From contig JAFYJT010000023.1 of NCBI GenBank assembly GCA_017537945.1, positions 1-51,975 on the forward strand: a stretch of DNA of 51,975 nt, written 5' to 3'. The notes below the pieces were generated by a model. The model searched no databases, was not told the origin of the DNA, and worked only from the letters and a program-made list of their open reading frames with translations. Shown in pieces: positions 38,813 through 47,982 of this stretch. The first letter of the stretch is position 1. Every line of letters begins with the position of its first letter. This stretch comes from Aeriscardovia sp. GTDB lineage: Bacteria > Actinomycetota > Actinomycetes > Actinomycetales > Bifidobacteriaceae. Made by a program: the position numbers and the translations under genes.

Positions 38813-39087
38813 TTTTCTTTTTCAAAAGCGGGGGCCATTTTGGCCATTGCGGTTTTTAGGGAAACGTTTTCCTTTAGAAGCTCTGCGCTGGAAGCGCTTT
38901 TGGCAGCCCACGAAGCATAATCGTCCAAATCCTCTTCGCCTTCCTGAGCCTTCGCCTCGTCATTTGCGCGATCCTGTTTTTTGTGAGAAAGCTCTTTCTG
39001 GAGCTGGGAATAATCGGTGTCGGTTGTGAGATACTTCAGCTTCCGAGCGGCACGTGTCTGTTTTGCCTTCTGACGTCCGCGGCCCAT
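38800..39087 (-). CDS. DUF3073 domain-containing protein
   Basis: MGRGRQKAKQTRAARKLKY N-terminus typical of DUF3073. Start set to ATG 39087 behind GGGAGG. Confidence 0.8.
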   Translation of the reverse strand: MGRGRQKAKQTRAARKLKYLTTDTDYSQLQKELSHKKQDRANDEAKAQEGEEDLDDYASWAAKSASSAELLKENVSLKTAMAKMAPAFEKENQEL

Positions 39088-39253
39088 TTGACCTCCCTCG
39101 TCAGCGTTAAGCAAGCTCAAAGCTGCACAAGCCTGCCTACACTATCCAAATCATCATCTTAAAGGGTATCATAAATCCTTTAAGGCATTGGAGGCTTTTA
39201 CGATAAGAGAAAAGGCCGGATTATCATTTTAACGTAACCCGAACGGAGGACGA

Positions 39254-40345
39254 ATGAGCGAAGAAGGAAGGGAAGAGGAGGCGCAGGCGACTTTCCTGGC
39301 AGCCAAAGAGAGAAGCCGGCAAACGAAGGAGAAGATAGAAAAGTCTCCTTCCTCTTTCAAAATGATTACCGGCGACAGGCCCACCGGCAGGCTGCACCTG
39401 GGGCATTTTTTCGGATCTATAAAGAGCCGGGTGGAACTGCAGAACAAAGGCCTTAAATGCGCCATAGTAATAGCCGACTACCAGGTGATAACCGATCGGG
39501 ACACTACAGACCGCATAGAAGACAACGTGCTGGAAATGGTGATAGACTACATGGCCTGCGGGATAGACCCGGAAAAGACCATGATTTTCACCCATTCTTA
39601 CATTCCCGACCTTAACCAGCTCATGCTCCCGTTTATGTCTCTGGTAAGCGAGGCGGAGCTTTTGAGAAATCCTACGGTGCATGCCGAAATGTTGGCCTCA
39701 AACCACTCCCTTACCGCCCTGCTGCTGACCTACCCCGTGCACCAAAGCTGCGACATCCTGTTTTACTCCGCCGACAGCCTTCCTACTGTCGTGCCCGTGG
39801 GGAAGGACAACCTCCCCCATATCCAGATCGCAAGGACCATAGCCAAAAGGTTTAACTCCAGGTTTGGGGGCGCGCCCAGCTTTTCGCTGCCTATAGCCCT
39901 CCTTTCGGAAGCGCCGGAAATCCCGGGCCTTGACGGAAGGAAGATGAGCAAGTCCTACAAGAATTCGATAATGCTCTGTTCTACGGAGGAAGAGACCTGG
40001 GAGCTCATTAAAAAGTCCCCCTCGGACTCGGAAAGGAAAATTACTTTCGATCCGGAAAAAAGGCCACAGATTTCAGCACTGCTCACCACCGCAGCCCTCA
40101 CGACGGGAAGAAGCGAAGAAGAAATCGCCAGGGATATAGGGGACGGAGGCGCGGGGGCGCTTAAAAGCTATGTGGCCGGGAGCGTAAACGAATTTTTGGC
40201 CCCTATAAGGGAAAAAAGGAGGGAGCTGGAAAAAAACAAAGGCGAAATCCGGGAAATTTTGAAGGCCGGAAATGAAAAAGCAGAAAAAATAGCGGCCCGC
40301 ACCCTGCAGAAAGTCAGGGAGGCTATGGAAATGGTTTACTACTGA
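39254..40345 (+). CDS. trpS: tryptophan--tRNA ligase
   Basis: Class I motifs (HIGH-like HLGHFFG; KMSKS). GGAGG-ACGA-ATG start gives a charged N-terminal extension of about 35 aa. Confidence 0.95.
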   Translation: MSEEGREEEAQATFLAAKERSRQTKEKIEKSPSSFKMITGDRPTGRLHLGHFFGSIKSRVELQNKGLKCAIVIADYQVITDRDTTDRIEDNVLEMVIDYMACGIDPEKTMIFTHSYIPDLNQLMLPFMSLVSEAELLRNPTVHAEMLASNHSLTALLLTYPVHQSCDILFYSADSLPTVVPVGKDNLPHIQIARTIAKRFNSRFGGAPSFSLPIALLSEAPEIPGLDGRKMSKSYKNSIMLCSTEEETWELIKKSPSDSERKITFDPEKRPQISALLTTAALTTGRSEEEIARDIGDGGAGALKSYVAGSVNEFLAPIREKRRELEKNKGEIREILKAGNEKAEKIAARTLQKVREAMEMVYY

Positions 40346-40353
40346 GGAGGAAG

Positions 40354-41274
40354 ATGGTCCCCAAAAGAAGATCGCTAAGGGGGAAGGGCCCCACCCCCAG
40401 GGCCGAAGAACGCACCTGGCATAAAGCCTATAAGGAAAAAGAACTTCGGGAAAAAAGAAAGGCGGCCAATCCCTACCTGGCGGCAAAAAAGAGGGGCGAA
40501 GAGAAGCGCAAAGGGGCTGAAGAAATAATAATTGGTCGGAACGCGTGCCTTGAAGCGCTGAAAACTCCCATGGAAGCAAAAAGGCTGTTTTTGGCCAGGG
40601 GGTTGCAGAAAGACGAAAGGGTAGAGCAAATCTGCATCCTGGCATCTAAAAAAGGAATCCCCATCCTGCAAAGGGACAGGGGGGAAATAGAAAGCATGGC
40701 CCAGAACAAAGCCCACCAGGGGGTCTTGCTGGAGGCTAAAGGATACGAATACAAGAGCCTTGACGACGTCCTTGAAGGCCTCTCCACGCCTCTTCCCCTT
40801 TTTATCGCCGTTGACGGTTTGACCGATCCTCAAAATCTGGGAGCCATTATCAGATCGGCCGCGGCCTTTGGAGCCGAGGGGGTGATAATCCCGCATAGGC
40901 GCAATGCTTCCGTAACTGCAGCCTGTTGGAAGGCAAGCGCAGGGGCATGCGCATTTATGAATGTGATAAGGGTGGAAAATCTGAATTCAACTTTGGAAAG
41001 GCTCAAAAAACTTGGCTATGCAGTGGTTGGCCTGGACGGGGAAGGGGAGAGGGAAGTGGGGAAAACCGGATTTGAATCCGATCCCCTTGTGCTGGTGGCC
41101 GGAGGGGAAGGGAAGGGCATGAGCCGCCTCACGCGCACCAAATGCGATATGGAGGCCAAAATCCCCATAGAGGAAAAAATGGAATCCCTCAACGTCTCAA
41201 CAGCCGCAGCCATAGCCTTGTTTGCGACAGTAGAGGCTAGGAAAGCTTCCTGCCGGAAAGGTCAAAATACCTGA
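40354..41274 (+). CDS. rlmB: TrmH/SpoU-family 23S rRNA (guanosine-2'-O)-methyltransferase, RlmB-like
   Basis: K/R-rich N-terminus, an L30e-like substrate-binding domain, and SpoU motifs (DPQNLGAIIRSA; GGEGKGMS; ESLNVSTAAAIAL). Confidence 0.85.
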   Translation: MVPKRRSLRGKGPTPRAEERTWHKAYKEKELREKRKAANPYLAAKKRGEEKRKGAEEIIIGRNACLEALKTPMEAKRLFLARGLQKDERVEQICILASKKGIPILQRDRGEIESMAQNKAHQGVLLEAKGYEYKSLDDVLEGLSTPLPLFIAVDGLTDPQNLGAIIRSAAAFGAEGVIIPHRRNASVTAACWKASAGACAFMNVIRVENLNSTLERLKKLGYAVVGLDGEGEREVGKTGFESDPLVLVAGGEGKGMSRLTRTKCDMEAKIPIEEKMESLNVSTAAAIALFATVEARKASCRKGQNT

Positions 41275-42274
41275 AGTCTTGGGGGGAGAGGGAAAAAGAA
41301 ACGCGCGCGCCCGCAGGATAAGGCAGGGAAGAAAGGACGAAAATATCCCCCCCTGCCCCGCCGATTAAAGAGGCGCGGAGCCAAAATTCCCTGCCCATGT
41401 TTTCACTGCCTAAAACTTCAATTTGGGGTCCTGCCCCTCCGACCCTCGCGGTTTCCGGACGAAATCCTGCAATAAATCTTCCGGAAGGCACGGGGGAAGG
41501 GAAGGCGAAACCGCCGAGGTAGAATTTTCCGTCCTCCGCCTCCTCTTCAACCAAGTTCATAGGGGGCTGCCCCATAAAGGAGGCTACGAAGGTATTTGCG
41601 GGATCTTTATACACTTCTTCAGGCGTCCCTACCTGCTCCATCCTCCCATCCCTCATAACGGCAATCCTGTCTGCCATAGTTAAAGCCTCTAATTGATCGT
41701 GGGTAACGTAAATGGCGGTAGTGCCAATCCTTTTTTGCAGGTTCCTTATTTCGCGCCTCATTTGGAAGCGAAGATTGCTGTCCAGGCTGGAAAGGGGCTC
41801 ATCCATCAAAAAAAGATCGGGGCGCCGCACTATTGCCCGGGCTATAGCCACCCTCTGCTTCTGTCCTCCGGACAGCTCTGAAGGAAGCATGGGGAGGAGT
41901 TTTTCTATACCGCACATTTTTGCCGCTTCCTCCACCTTTTCGCCTATTGCTTTTTTGCCCGCTATTTTGAGGGCAAGGGCAATATTTGCCGCAACGTCCA
42001 AATGAGGATAGAGGCAGGGCGACTGGAATACTATAGAAACATCCCTTTTTTTCGTGGGGACGCGGGAAAAATCTTTTCCATTAAAATAAATTGCCCCCGT
42101 TTCCGGCTTTTCGAGGCCCGCCGCAAGGCGTAGAAAAGTGGATTTCCCGCAACCGGAAGACCCCACCACAGCCAGAAATTCGCCTTCCTTCACCTTTATA
42201 GAAAGGTTTTCAATGGCCAAAGGAAACTTCTTGGAATATCTAAAGCTAACGCCTTCGTACCTTACGGACGCCAT
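41237..42274 (-). CDS. sugar-type ABC transporter ATP-binding protein (MalK/UgpC/MsiK-like)
   Basis: Walker A GSSGCGKST, signature LSGGQKQR, Walker B LFLMDEPLS and a C-terminal TOBE-like regulatory domain. No permease or binding-protein gene nearby. Confidence 0.9.
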   Translation of the reverse strand: MASVRYEGVSFRYSKKFPLAIENLSIKVKEGEFLAVVGSSGCGKSTFLRLAAGLEKPETGAIYFNGKDFSRVPTKKRDVSIVFQSPCLYPHLDVAANIALALKIAGKKAIGEKVEEAAKMCGIEKLLPMLPSELSGGQKQRVAIARAIVRRPDLFLMDEPLSSLDSNLRFQMRREIRNLQKRIGTTAIYVTHDQLEALTMADRIAVMRDGRMEQVGTPEEVYKDPANTFVASFMGQPPMNLVEEEAEDGKFYLGGFAFPSPVPSGRFIAGFRPETARVGGAGPQIEVLGSENMGREFWLRASLIGGAGGDIFVLSSLPYPAGARVSFSLSPQDFRYFDLSGRKLS

Positions 42275-42352
42275 TTCATCTCTTTTTCGGCTTAGAGGGG
42301 TAAAAAATACTATATTTTTTATGGTAATCGAGGGTTATGACGGGGGAAGTTA

Positions 42353-43126
42353 ATGTTCGGGTGCGTTCCGGGAGGTTACGAAATCCTCCACCCCCTGGGA
42401 GGGGGGAGCGGCGGAAGCGTCTACAAAGCCCGAAAAAACGGAAAAATAGTGGCCCTAAAAATCCCAAAGGTGTTGGATCCTAGGGACTTGTGCCGCCTCA
42501 AAAGGGAAGTAAGCGCCCTCTCTAGCGTCGACAACCCCAGCGTAGCCAAAATAGTGGAGGCCGACATAGAAGGATCGACCCCGTTTATAGCTATGGAGTT
42601 TGTGGAGGGGGATAACCTCTCTGCAGACGTTAAAACAAATGGAATCTATGAGGGGAAATACCTTGCCCTCCTGGCTGATAAATTGGCTTTCGCCCTTCAC
42701 GCTATCCACAAGGCGCACATAATCCATAGGGATATAAAGCCGGAAAACATAATCATAGCTGAAAAGGGGCCTGTGCTGGTGGATTTCGGCATAGCTATGA
42801 ACCCGGAAGAAACCCACCTCACACGTACGGGCCTAATAATGGGGACTCCTGGCTACATAGCCCCAGAACTTTTGGAAGGCAAGCCCGAAGGGGCCGGAAG
42901 CGACTGGTGGTCCCTTTGCGCCGTTTTGGCCTTTGCCGCTTTAGGCCGTTCCCCTTTCGGACGGGGAGGGGTCGCGGGGATTTTGGATAAAGAGGAAAAG
43001 GGGAAATTCGATTTTTCCTCCCTCCCCCCCGTTTTGGCTTCCGCCTTCGGCCGGGCGCTGGATCCCAACCCCAAACAGCGCCTTCCCATTAAGAATCTGA
43101 TAGACGTAATATGGCAAAATATTTAA
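42353..43126 (+). CDS. Hanks-type serine/threonine protein kinase, catalytic domain only
   Basis: Gly-loop GGGSGGSVY, VALK lysine, HRDIKPENI, DFG and GTPGYIAPE are all intact. The ORF stops right after the catalytic domain. Confidence 0.9.
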   Translation: MFGCVPGGYEILHPLGGGSGGSVYKARKNGKIVALKIPKVLDPRDLCRLKREVSALSSVDNPSVAKIVEADIEGSTPFIAMEFVEGDNLSADVKTNGIYEGKYLALLADKLAFALHAIHKAHIIHRDIKPENIIIAEKGPVLVDFGIAMNPEETHLTRTGLIMGTPGYIAPELLEGKPEGAGSDWWSLCAVLAFAALGRSPFGRGGVAGILDKEEKGKFDFSSLPPVLASAFGRALDPNPKQRLPIKNLIDVIWQNI

Positions 43127-43217
43127 AGCTTCAGAAAAAGGAGGAGCAATTTTTAATCCGCGACTGAGCTGGCGCAAAGATGAGCGCCGGGAAAAGCTTC
43201 CGGGATCTGATGAGGAT

Positions 43218-44153
43218 GTGGATTTCTCTTCATTCGAAGATCCAGAAGAGGAAGATGAAGAGAGTGCGGACGACGGGCCCAGAATCAGTGAGTTTGATGC
43301 CCCCACCGCCCTCCTTCCCATCCCTCGGGCCGTCAAAGGAGCCCCTTCTCCCAAAACCCCCCTTAAGCATTCCTTGGCTCCCGATCCTTCGCTTCCCCAT
43401 TTCGCCTCTTCCGCCTCTCCAAATTACTTTTCCCCCAAAAGCCGGGAAAAAGGGAAATTTGATGAAACGAAGCCGAAAATGTACGGGAAGCTCTTGGCGC
43501 TCCTCTTGGTAATTCCCATCTTTTTCCTCTCAAATGCCGTTCCTATGGAAGGATTCATAACTTCCTTTGTCATCTACATATGTTTCTACCTTTACGGCTA
43601 CACTTTAAATATTCAGCAACTGCGGCGGCGAAAAGGCAAACGCGGCTTTAACTGGCTCCAAATTTTGGTCCGCTCGCCTTGGTGGACGGTAAAAATTTTG
43701 ATTCGCATGCTCCCGGCCGCCCTCCTATGGTTTTTCGGGCTGCTTTTCTTCAACTGGCTTTTAAGTTTCGGCTACCCTTCCGTAAAGGCCGGTTTTCTGG
43801 GATCCAGATGGAGCATGGGGTTTGTAAACTTCCCCCCACGCTCATGGGGGGGCCTGGTTTTGGGCCTTTGGGCCCTCGCATGCTGGATGGCCATGATTTT
43901 TACACGTCTGGGAACCAGAAGCGCGGTAATGGGATTTAACTTTGCCTACAGGTCCATTTATCGGGGAATCCGTCACCTAAAAGACGAGGAAGGCGCGGGA
44001 CTTGTAAACCGGGATGCCTATCTGCATCCCGCTTCAGCCAGATGTGGAATAATCTTGCTTATACTCCTGGGAGCCTTCCTCCTAGCAAGCTTGACCGTCT
44101 ACCTAGCCCTGGGAGGGGCTGACTGGGGCCCCATATTTATTGCTCGCTTATAG
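43218..44153 (+). CDS. polytopic membrane protein with an acidic/Pro-rich N-terminal region
   Basis: About five hydrophobic helices after a low-complexity segment of about 90 aa. The frame is open back to 43110. Candidate starts are GTG 43218 and ATT 43149 (see findings). Confidence 0.6.
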   Translation: MDFSSFEDPEEEDEESADDGPRISEFDAPTALLPIPRAVKGAPSPKTPLKHSLAPDPSLPHFASSASPNYFSPKSREKGKFDETKPKMYGKLLALLLVIPIFFLSNAVPMEGFITSFVIYICFYLYGYTLNIQQLRRRKGKRGFNWLQILVRSPWWTVKILIRMLPAALLWFFGLLFFNWLLSFGYPSVKAGFLGSRWSMGFVNFPPRSWGGLVLGLWALACWMAMIFTRLGTRSAVMGFNFAYRSIYRGIRHLKDEEGAGLVNRDAYLHPASARCGIILLILLGAFLLASLTVYLALGGADWGPIFIARL

Positions 44154-44171
44154 GATCAAAGGGAACTCTTA

Positions 44172-45116
44172 ATGGCAAAAAAGAAAGCCGTAGCCGATAA
44201 AAAAGGGCTTGAAACACAGAAAAACGACAGAAAACGCCAGACGATACTAGGAATCGTAGTGGTGGTCGTATTAGTTGCAGTGCTGTGCGTAGTGGGATAT
44301 TTCATTTGGAGGGCCAATCGGCCTTCCGCTTCCCAGTCAAGCTCCACTTCCCAACAAGAAAGGCAGGAGGCTGAAGCGGAATTGGCCTCCGTCAAAGTCA
44401 AACCATTGGCAGCCCTATCCAACGGGGGATTTTTAGTGTCTAAAAACGGGCTGAACAAACCCGTAGAAGGCGTGCCTACTATAAGCATTTACATGGATTT
44501 TATCTGCCCGGCATGCGGAGAAGTGGACAGGGATATAGACAATACCCTCATACAAATGGTGAATGCAGGACAGGCAAATGTAGAAATCCACCCCGAGGCT
44601 TTCCTAAACGACGAGTCTACAGATGAGTATTCAAGCAGGGCTGCAGGCGCTGCCGTATACGTGGCGCAGCACGAACCTGAAAAACTCTTAGATGTGGTGA
44701 GGGCCTTTTTTGCATCCGATTATCAGCCTAAAGAATCGCAGAACTACAAGCCTGTCTCGAATGCCATGATTACTTCCCAGCTGGAGAAGGCGGGGGTAAG
44801 CACGGCCGTAGCGCAGGATGCAGTAAAAGGCACCTATATACCCTGGGTCAATGCTCAAACCAGTTTGGCGGCTACAGACACCGCTTTGCAGCATCCTTCA
44901 GGACAATTAAAGGGTGAGATTACCACCCCGACTTTTATAATAAACGGCCACTACTGGCTATTTGATGTAGCGTGGAGCCAAACGGGGAGTCCTCTGACCT
45001 CCCTTTTAAAGGCCGTAGGGCTGACCCAGTCTGAAGTTGGGACTTCGACAAAGCCAAAATTGGGATCTAAAGGGGAGCCTTTATTCCCCACTTCGACTTC
45101 TTCCTCTTCCAATTAG
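44172..45116 (+). CDS. membrane-anchored DsbA/MdbA-like thiol-disulfide oxidoreductase
   Basis: N-terminal TM anchor and a thioredoxin-fold domain with the CPAC active site (MDFICPACGEV). Confidence 0.8.
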   Translation: MAKKKAVADKKGLETQKNDRKRQTILGIVVVVVLVAVLCVVGYFIWRANRPSASQSSSTSQQERQEAEAELASVKVKPLAALSNGGFLVSKNGLNKPVEGVPTISIYMDFICPACGEVDRDIDNTLIQMVNAGQANVEIHPEAFLNDESTDEYSSRAAGAAVYVAQHEPEKLLDVVRAFFASDYQPKESQNYKPVSNAMITSQLEKAGVSTAVAQDAVKGTYIPWVNAQTSLAATDTALQHPSGQLKGEITTPTFIINGHYWLFDVAWSQTGSPLTSLLKAVGLTQSEVGTSTKPKLGSKGEPLFPTSTSSSSN

Positions 45117-45122
45117 CCCGAC

Positions 45123-45170
45123 AAAAATAAAAAAGGAAAGCGGGGTCGTTACCCCCGTTTTCCTTTTTTT
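45123..45170. terminator. bidirectional rho-independent terminator
   Basis: A-run, then the 11-bp stem GGAAAGCGGGG / CCCCGTTTTCC (one G-U pair) with a 7-nt loop, then TTTTTTT. It lies between the convergent dsbA-like and ureD genes. Confidence 0.7.
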
Positions 45171-45189
45171 ATCTATAAGAAGAGGCCGC

Positions 45190-46068
45190 CTAAGCCTCGC
45201 CTATGGCCTTAAGCGCGTTTACAAACGCCGCATCCTTCCTCAAGTTCAAGCGGGGAAGACCCCAGAATTTAGCGCGCATCCAGTTTATAGAGCGGTACAG
45301 AATCGCCTTATTGCCACTGAGGCTTTCGCCAAGCACCCTCACAACCAAAGCAGGGCCTTCAAGAAGCGAGATTCCCATTATGGCTCCCGGAAAAGCTATG
45401 TTATTGAAATCCTGCAACTCTTTTACAAACTTCGCATTCACCCTCTCGTCAACTACCACAAGCGAGGTGTAGTTCCTGTAGCCTTCAAAAAGGCCCAGCT
45501 CTGCCATTTCAAAAGCATGAGGATCCAGGATGAGGTTATCGTTAAAAAGAAGCTGGCCGCCGTAAGTAATCCTGGAAAGCATGTGGACATAGCGGTACTG
45601 GAAGTCCTTGTGATTCATTGACCATCCGGCCGTAATGCCATCAGTGTAAAAAAGACTCCCGCCCTTTTCTACGTCAATCTGCGTTGTCTGCCTATATTTG
45701 GCATTGCCGTAGGGGATCACGTCATCCGGAAGGTACTCAAGTACGGCGTCTTTATCAACTTGGACTTTCACGTCCTGAACGGTAGTTTTACCGTCGTTGC
45801 ACTTATAGACATAGGTGGGGGCTTGGCTGGCCACTATTCCGTGCGTCTTTTCGTGGGAGGTTATGAAGGTTTTGTAGTGTTCCCCTTCTACGAACCCTCC
45901 CCCCATGGTGATAAGGAAGAGCGCGGGCGTCGCCTCGTCATTTAAGCGCAGGGGCGCGCTTACTTTAGACTGGCCTCCGCTTATGCGCTTGGACGCTACG
46001 GTCCTTCCATTCCGGTAAGTAAATTCGATCTCGGTGTATCCATCACACGAGGATTTGTCCGTCTTCAA
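45190..46068 (-). CDS. ureD: urease accessory protein UreD
   Basis: Position at the end of the ure cluster and a UreD/UreH-like sequence. TTG start. Confidence 0.88.
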   Translation of the reverse strand: MKTDKSSCDGYTEIEFTYRNGRTVASKRISGGQSKVSAPLRLNDEATPALFLITMGGGFVEGEHYKTFITSHEKTHGIVASQAPTYVYKCNDGKTTVQDVKVQVDKDAVLEYLPDDVIPYGNAKYRQTTQIDVEKGGSLFYTDGITAGWSMNHKDFQYRYVHMLSRITYGGQLLFNDNLILDPHAFEMAELGLFEGYRNYTSLVVVDERVNAKFVKELQDFNNIAFPGAIMGISLLEGPALVVRVLGESLSGNKAILYRSINWMRAKFWGLPRLNLRKDAAFVNALKAIGEA

Positions 46069-46110
46069 AGTCTGCCGCCTCCCATTTGACGCGCTTCTGC
46101 CCCTCAGTCC

Positions 46111-46725
46111 TTAGTCAGTCAGGAGGCACTCTCTCTTAATCCAGTTGACAACCTTGTCCACGCCTTCGCCGGTCATGAGGTTGGTGAAGACGAAGCTGCC
46201 AGGCTTGCGGAACTTTTCGGTGTCCTTTTCCATCCTCTTCAAATCGGCTCCTACATAAGGGGCAAGATCAGTCTTGTTGATTATAAAAAGATCGCTCTTT
46301 ATCATGCCCTGCCCGGCTTTGCGGGGTATCTTCTCCCCCTCCGGGACGCCGATTATATAGATGGAAAAATCAACCAGTTCAGGGCTGAAGGTGGCGGCCA
46401 GATTATCTCCGCCACTCTCCACGAAGATGAGATCCAGATCTGGGAATCTCTTCTCGAGTTCCTCTATGCCGGCCTCGTTCATAGAGACATCCTCACGGAT
46501 GGCCGTGTGGGGGCATCCCCCCGTCTCAATTCCAATGATGCGGTCGTCTTCGAGAACCGAGTTTTGACGCATATACTCCGCATCAATTTTGGTATAGATG
46601 TCGTTGGTAATAACGCCTATGGAGTAATTTTTGGCCATGACGGCGCAAAGATCTTCCAAAAGCTTGGTCTTTCCGGACCCAACGGGTCCTCCCACGCCTA
46701 TTATTACAGGCTTGCCATTAGACAT
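46111..46725 (-). CDS. ureG: urease accessory GTPase UreG
   Basis: P-loop GGPVGSGKT, the Cys-Pro-His metal motif [11 protein letters not shown], and ESGGDNL. Confidence 0.97.
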   Translation of the reverse strand: MSNGKPVIIGVGGPVGSGKTKLLEDLCAVMAKNYSIGVITNDIYTKIDAEYMRQNSVLEDDRIIGIETGGCPHTAIREDVSMNEAGIEELEKRFPDLDLIFVESGGDNLAATFSPELVDFSIYIIGVPEGEKIPRKAGQGMIKSDLFIINKTDLAPYVGADLKRMEKDTEKFRKPGSFVFTNLMTGEGVDKVVNWIKRECLLTD

Positions 46726-46740
46726 AACCCCTCCTAAAAC

Positions 46741-47493
46741 TTAAGACATAAACAAACGGAATACGGTGGTCTCATGCCGGATTTGGGCAAGCTCCACCCC
46801 AGGCACCGAAGCGCCCAGATAAGATTCATCAAGCCCCTCTATTTCGGAGGAAAGCTCGATAATATCTCCAAAGATGGCGTGAAGTATGTCCTGCCCCGCC
46901 TTCTGACCCAGAGGTATCGCCCTCACGGCATTCTGCACCATGGTGGTGACGATGCTGTAGGAGTAGTAGCACACGCTCTGACGAAAGTCGGAGCGCTGCA
47001 TATGCATGAATAGGGCAAAGGCTATAGCTTGATTGCCGAAGGATTTCTCCTCTTTTATTCTTATGCGGTACTCGCGCAGTATCTCTACTTCTTTGGTTTC
47101 CATAGCCCCATAGAGCCGGATGAGCAGATCTATCATCTGAACCGCTATCAGGCTGGCGCCCTTCCTGGTCTCAAGAGCCGCAGCTGACAAGGTCAAAATC
47201 CTGTCTATCTGCCAGATTTTCTCATACTCCCCCTTGTCTAGGGCTTCCATAGTCAGTTTTACGGCCAGCCCCTCGCCCCATTTGAACTGAGTCTCGAGGT
47301 AAATCGAGAGCCACTTCTCAAATGAGGAGGCATCATGAACCAAACCGTCCCTGAGGTACGTCTCCATACCGTAGGAATGATTGAAGGTCCCAATGGGGAA
47401 AGTAGAATCGCACACCTGGAAGATTTCCAGGTTCCTATCTATCTCCTTGTATTCCTCTTTTTTTTTGGCTGTTCGCCCTTCCTTGCTGCTCAT
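46741..47493 (-). CDS. ureF: urease accessory protein UreF
   Basis: Helical UreF-like protein (FPIGTFNHSYGMETY) located between ureE and ureG. Confidence 0.9.
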   Translation of the reverse strand: MSSKEGRTAKKKEEYKEIDRNLEIFQVCDSTFPIGTFNHSYGMETYLRDGLVHDASSFEKWLSIYLETQFKWGEGLAVKLTMEALDKGEYEKIWQIDRILTLSAAALETRKGASLIAVQMIDLLIRLYGAMETKEVEILREYRIRIKEEKSFGNQAIAFALFMHMQRSDFRQSVCYYSYSIVTTMVQNAVRAIPLGQKAGQDILHAIFGDIIELSSEIEGLDESYLGASVPGVELAQIRHETTVFRLFMS

Positions 47494-47511
47494 TAAGACC
47501 GCCTTAGAAAA

Positions 47512-47982
47512 TCAGTACCTCAGATCTACGTGTTCCAACGGCTCGGAAAGGGTGATCTCCTCCAAGTCGTAGGGAATGTGATTGTGATCAAGGATCTTTT
47601 CCACCACCGGGTCTCTTTCGAGGATGATCGTGCCGTTCTCAATCTTCACCGGCTTGTGGGTATTGCCCAGAAGGTGGGCTATGATGCCCATCTGGTCGAT
47701 GTCCTTGGGCTTAATGACGATCATCTCTTGGGACTGCGTATGGATTACCACCAGGGTTTCTCCGTCCTCGTCATCCACCTTTTTGCAGATGATGTCTCCG
47801 CTCTTGAGGGGAAGGTTCTTCCTATCCAGCCTCATGCGGTATTCATGCCCGTGATCGGAAGTGACGCGGTGGATGGGCTTTGCCAAGTCCTCGTTGTCCA
47901 TATAAACAGTCTCTATGTGATATTTCCCGGCATCCGGGTAAGTGTCGACATTGCCTATTATTTCTTCAATAATGTCGTCCAT
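47512..47982 (-). CDS. ureE: urease accessory metallochaperone UreE
   Basis: UreE pattern including HLLGNTHKPV. No His-rich C-terminal tail. Confidence 0.9.
   Translation of the reverse strand: MDDIIEEIIGNVDTYPDAGKYHIETVYMDNEDLAKPIHRVTSDHGHEYRMRLDRKNLPLKSGDIICKKVDDEDGETLVVIHTQSQEMIVIKPKDIDQMGIIAHLLGNTHKPVKIENGTIILERDPVVEKILDHNHIPYDLEEITLSEPLEHVDLRY

Noticed and set aside
39088-39253. A T-box riboswitch or Trp leader-peptide attenuator upstream of trpS.
   Set aside because: The spacer is only about 165 nt and is shared with the divergent DUF3073 gene. I found no T-box conserved sequence, specifier-loop architecture or tandem-TGG leader ORF.
43180-43512. A 110-aa ORF (ATG 43180) in a third frame between the kinase and the membrane protein.
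   Set aside because: Its basic, Pro-rich, low-complexity translation ends before the TM region. The 43218 frame continues into clear TM helices, so it is preferred.
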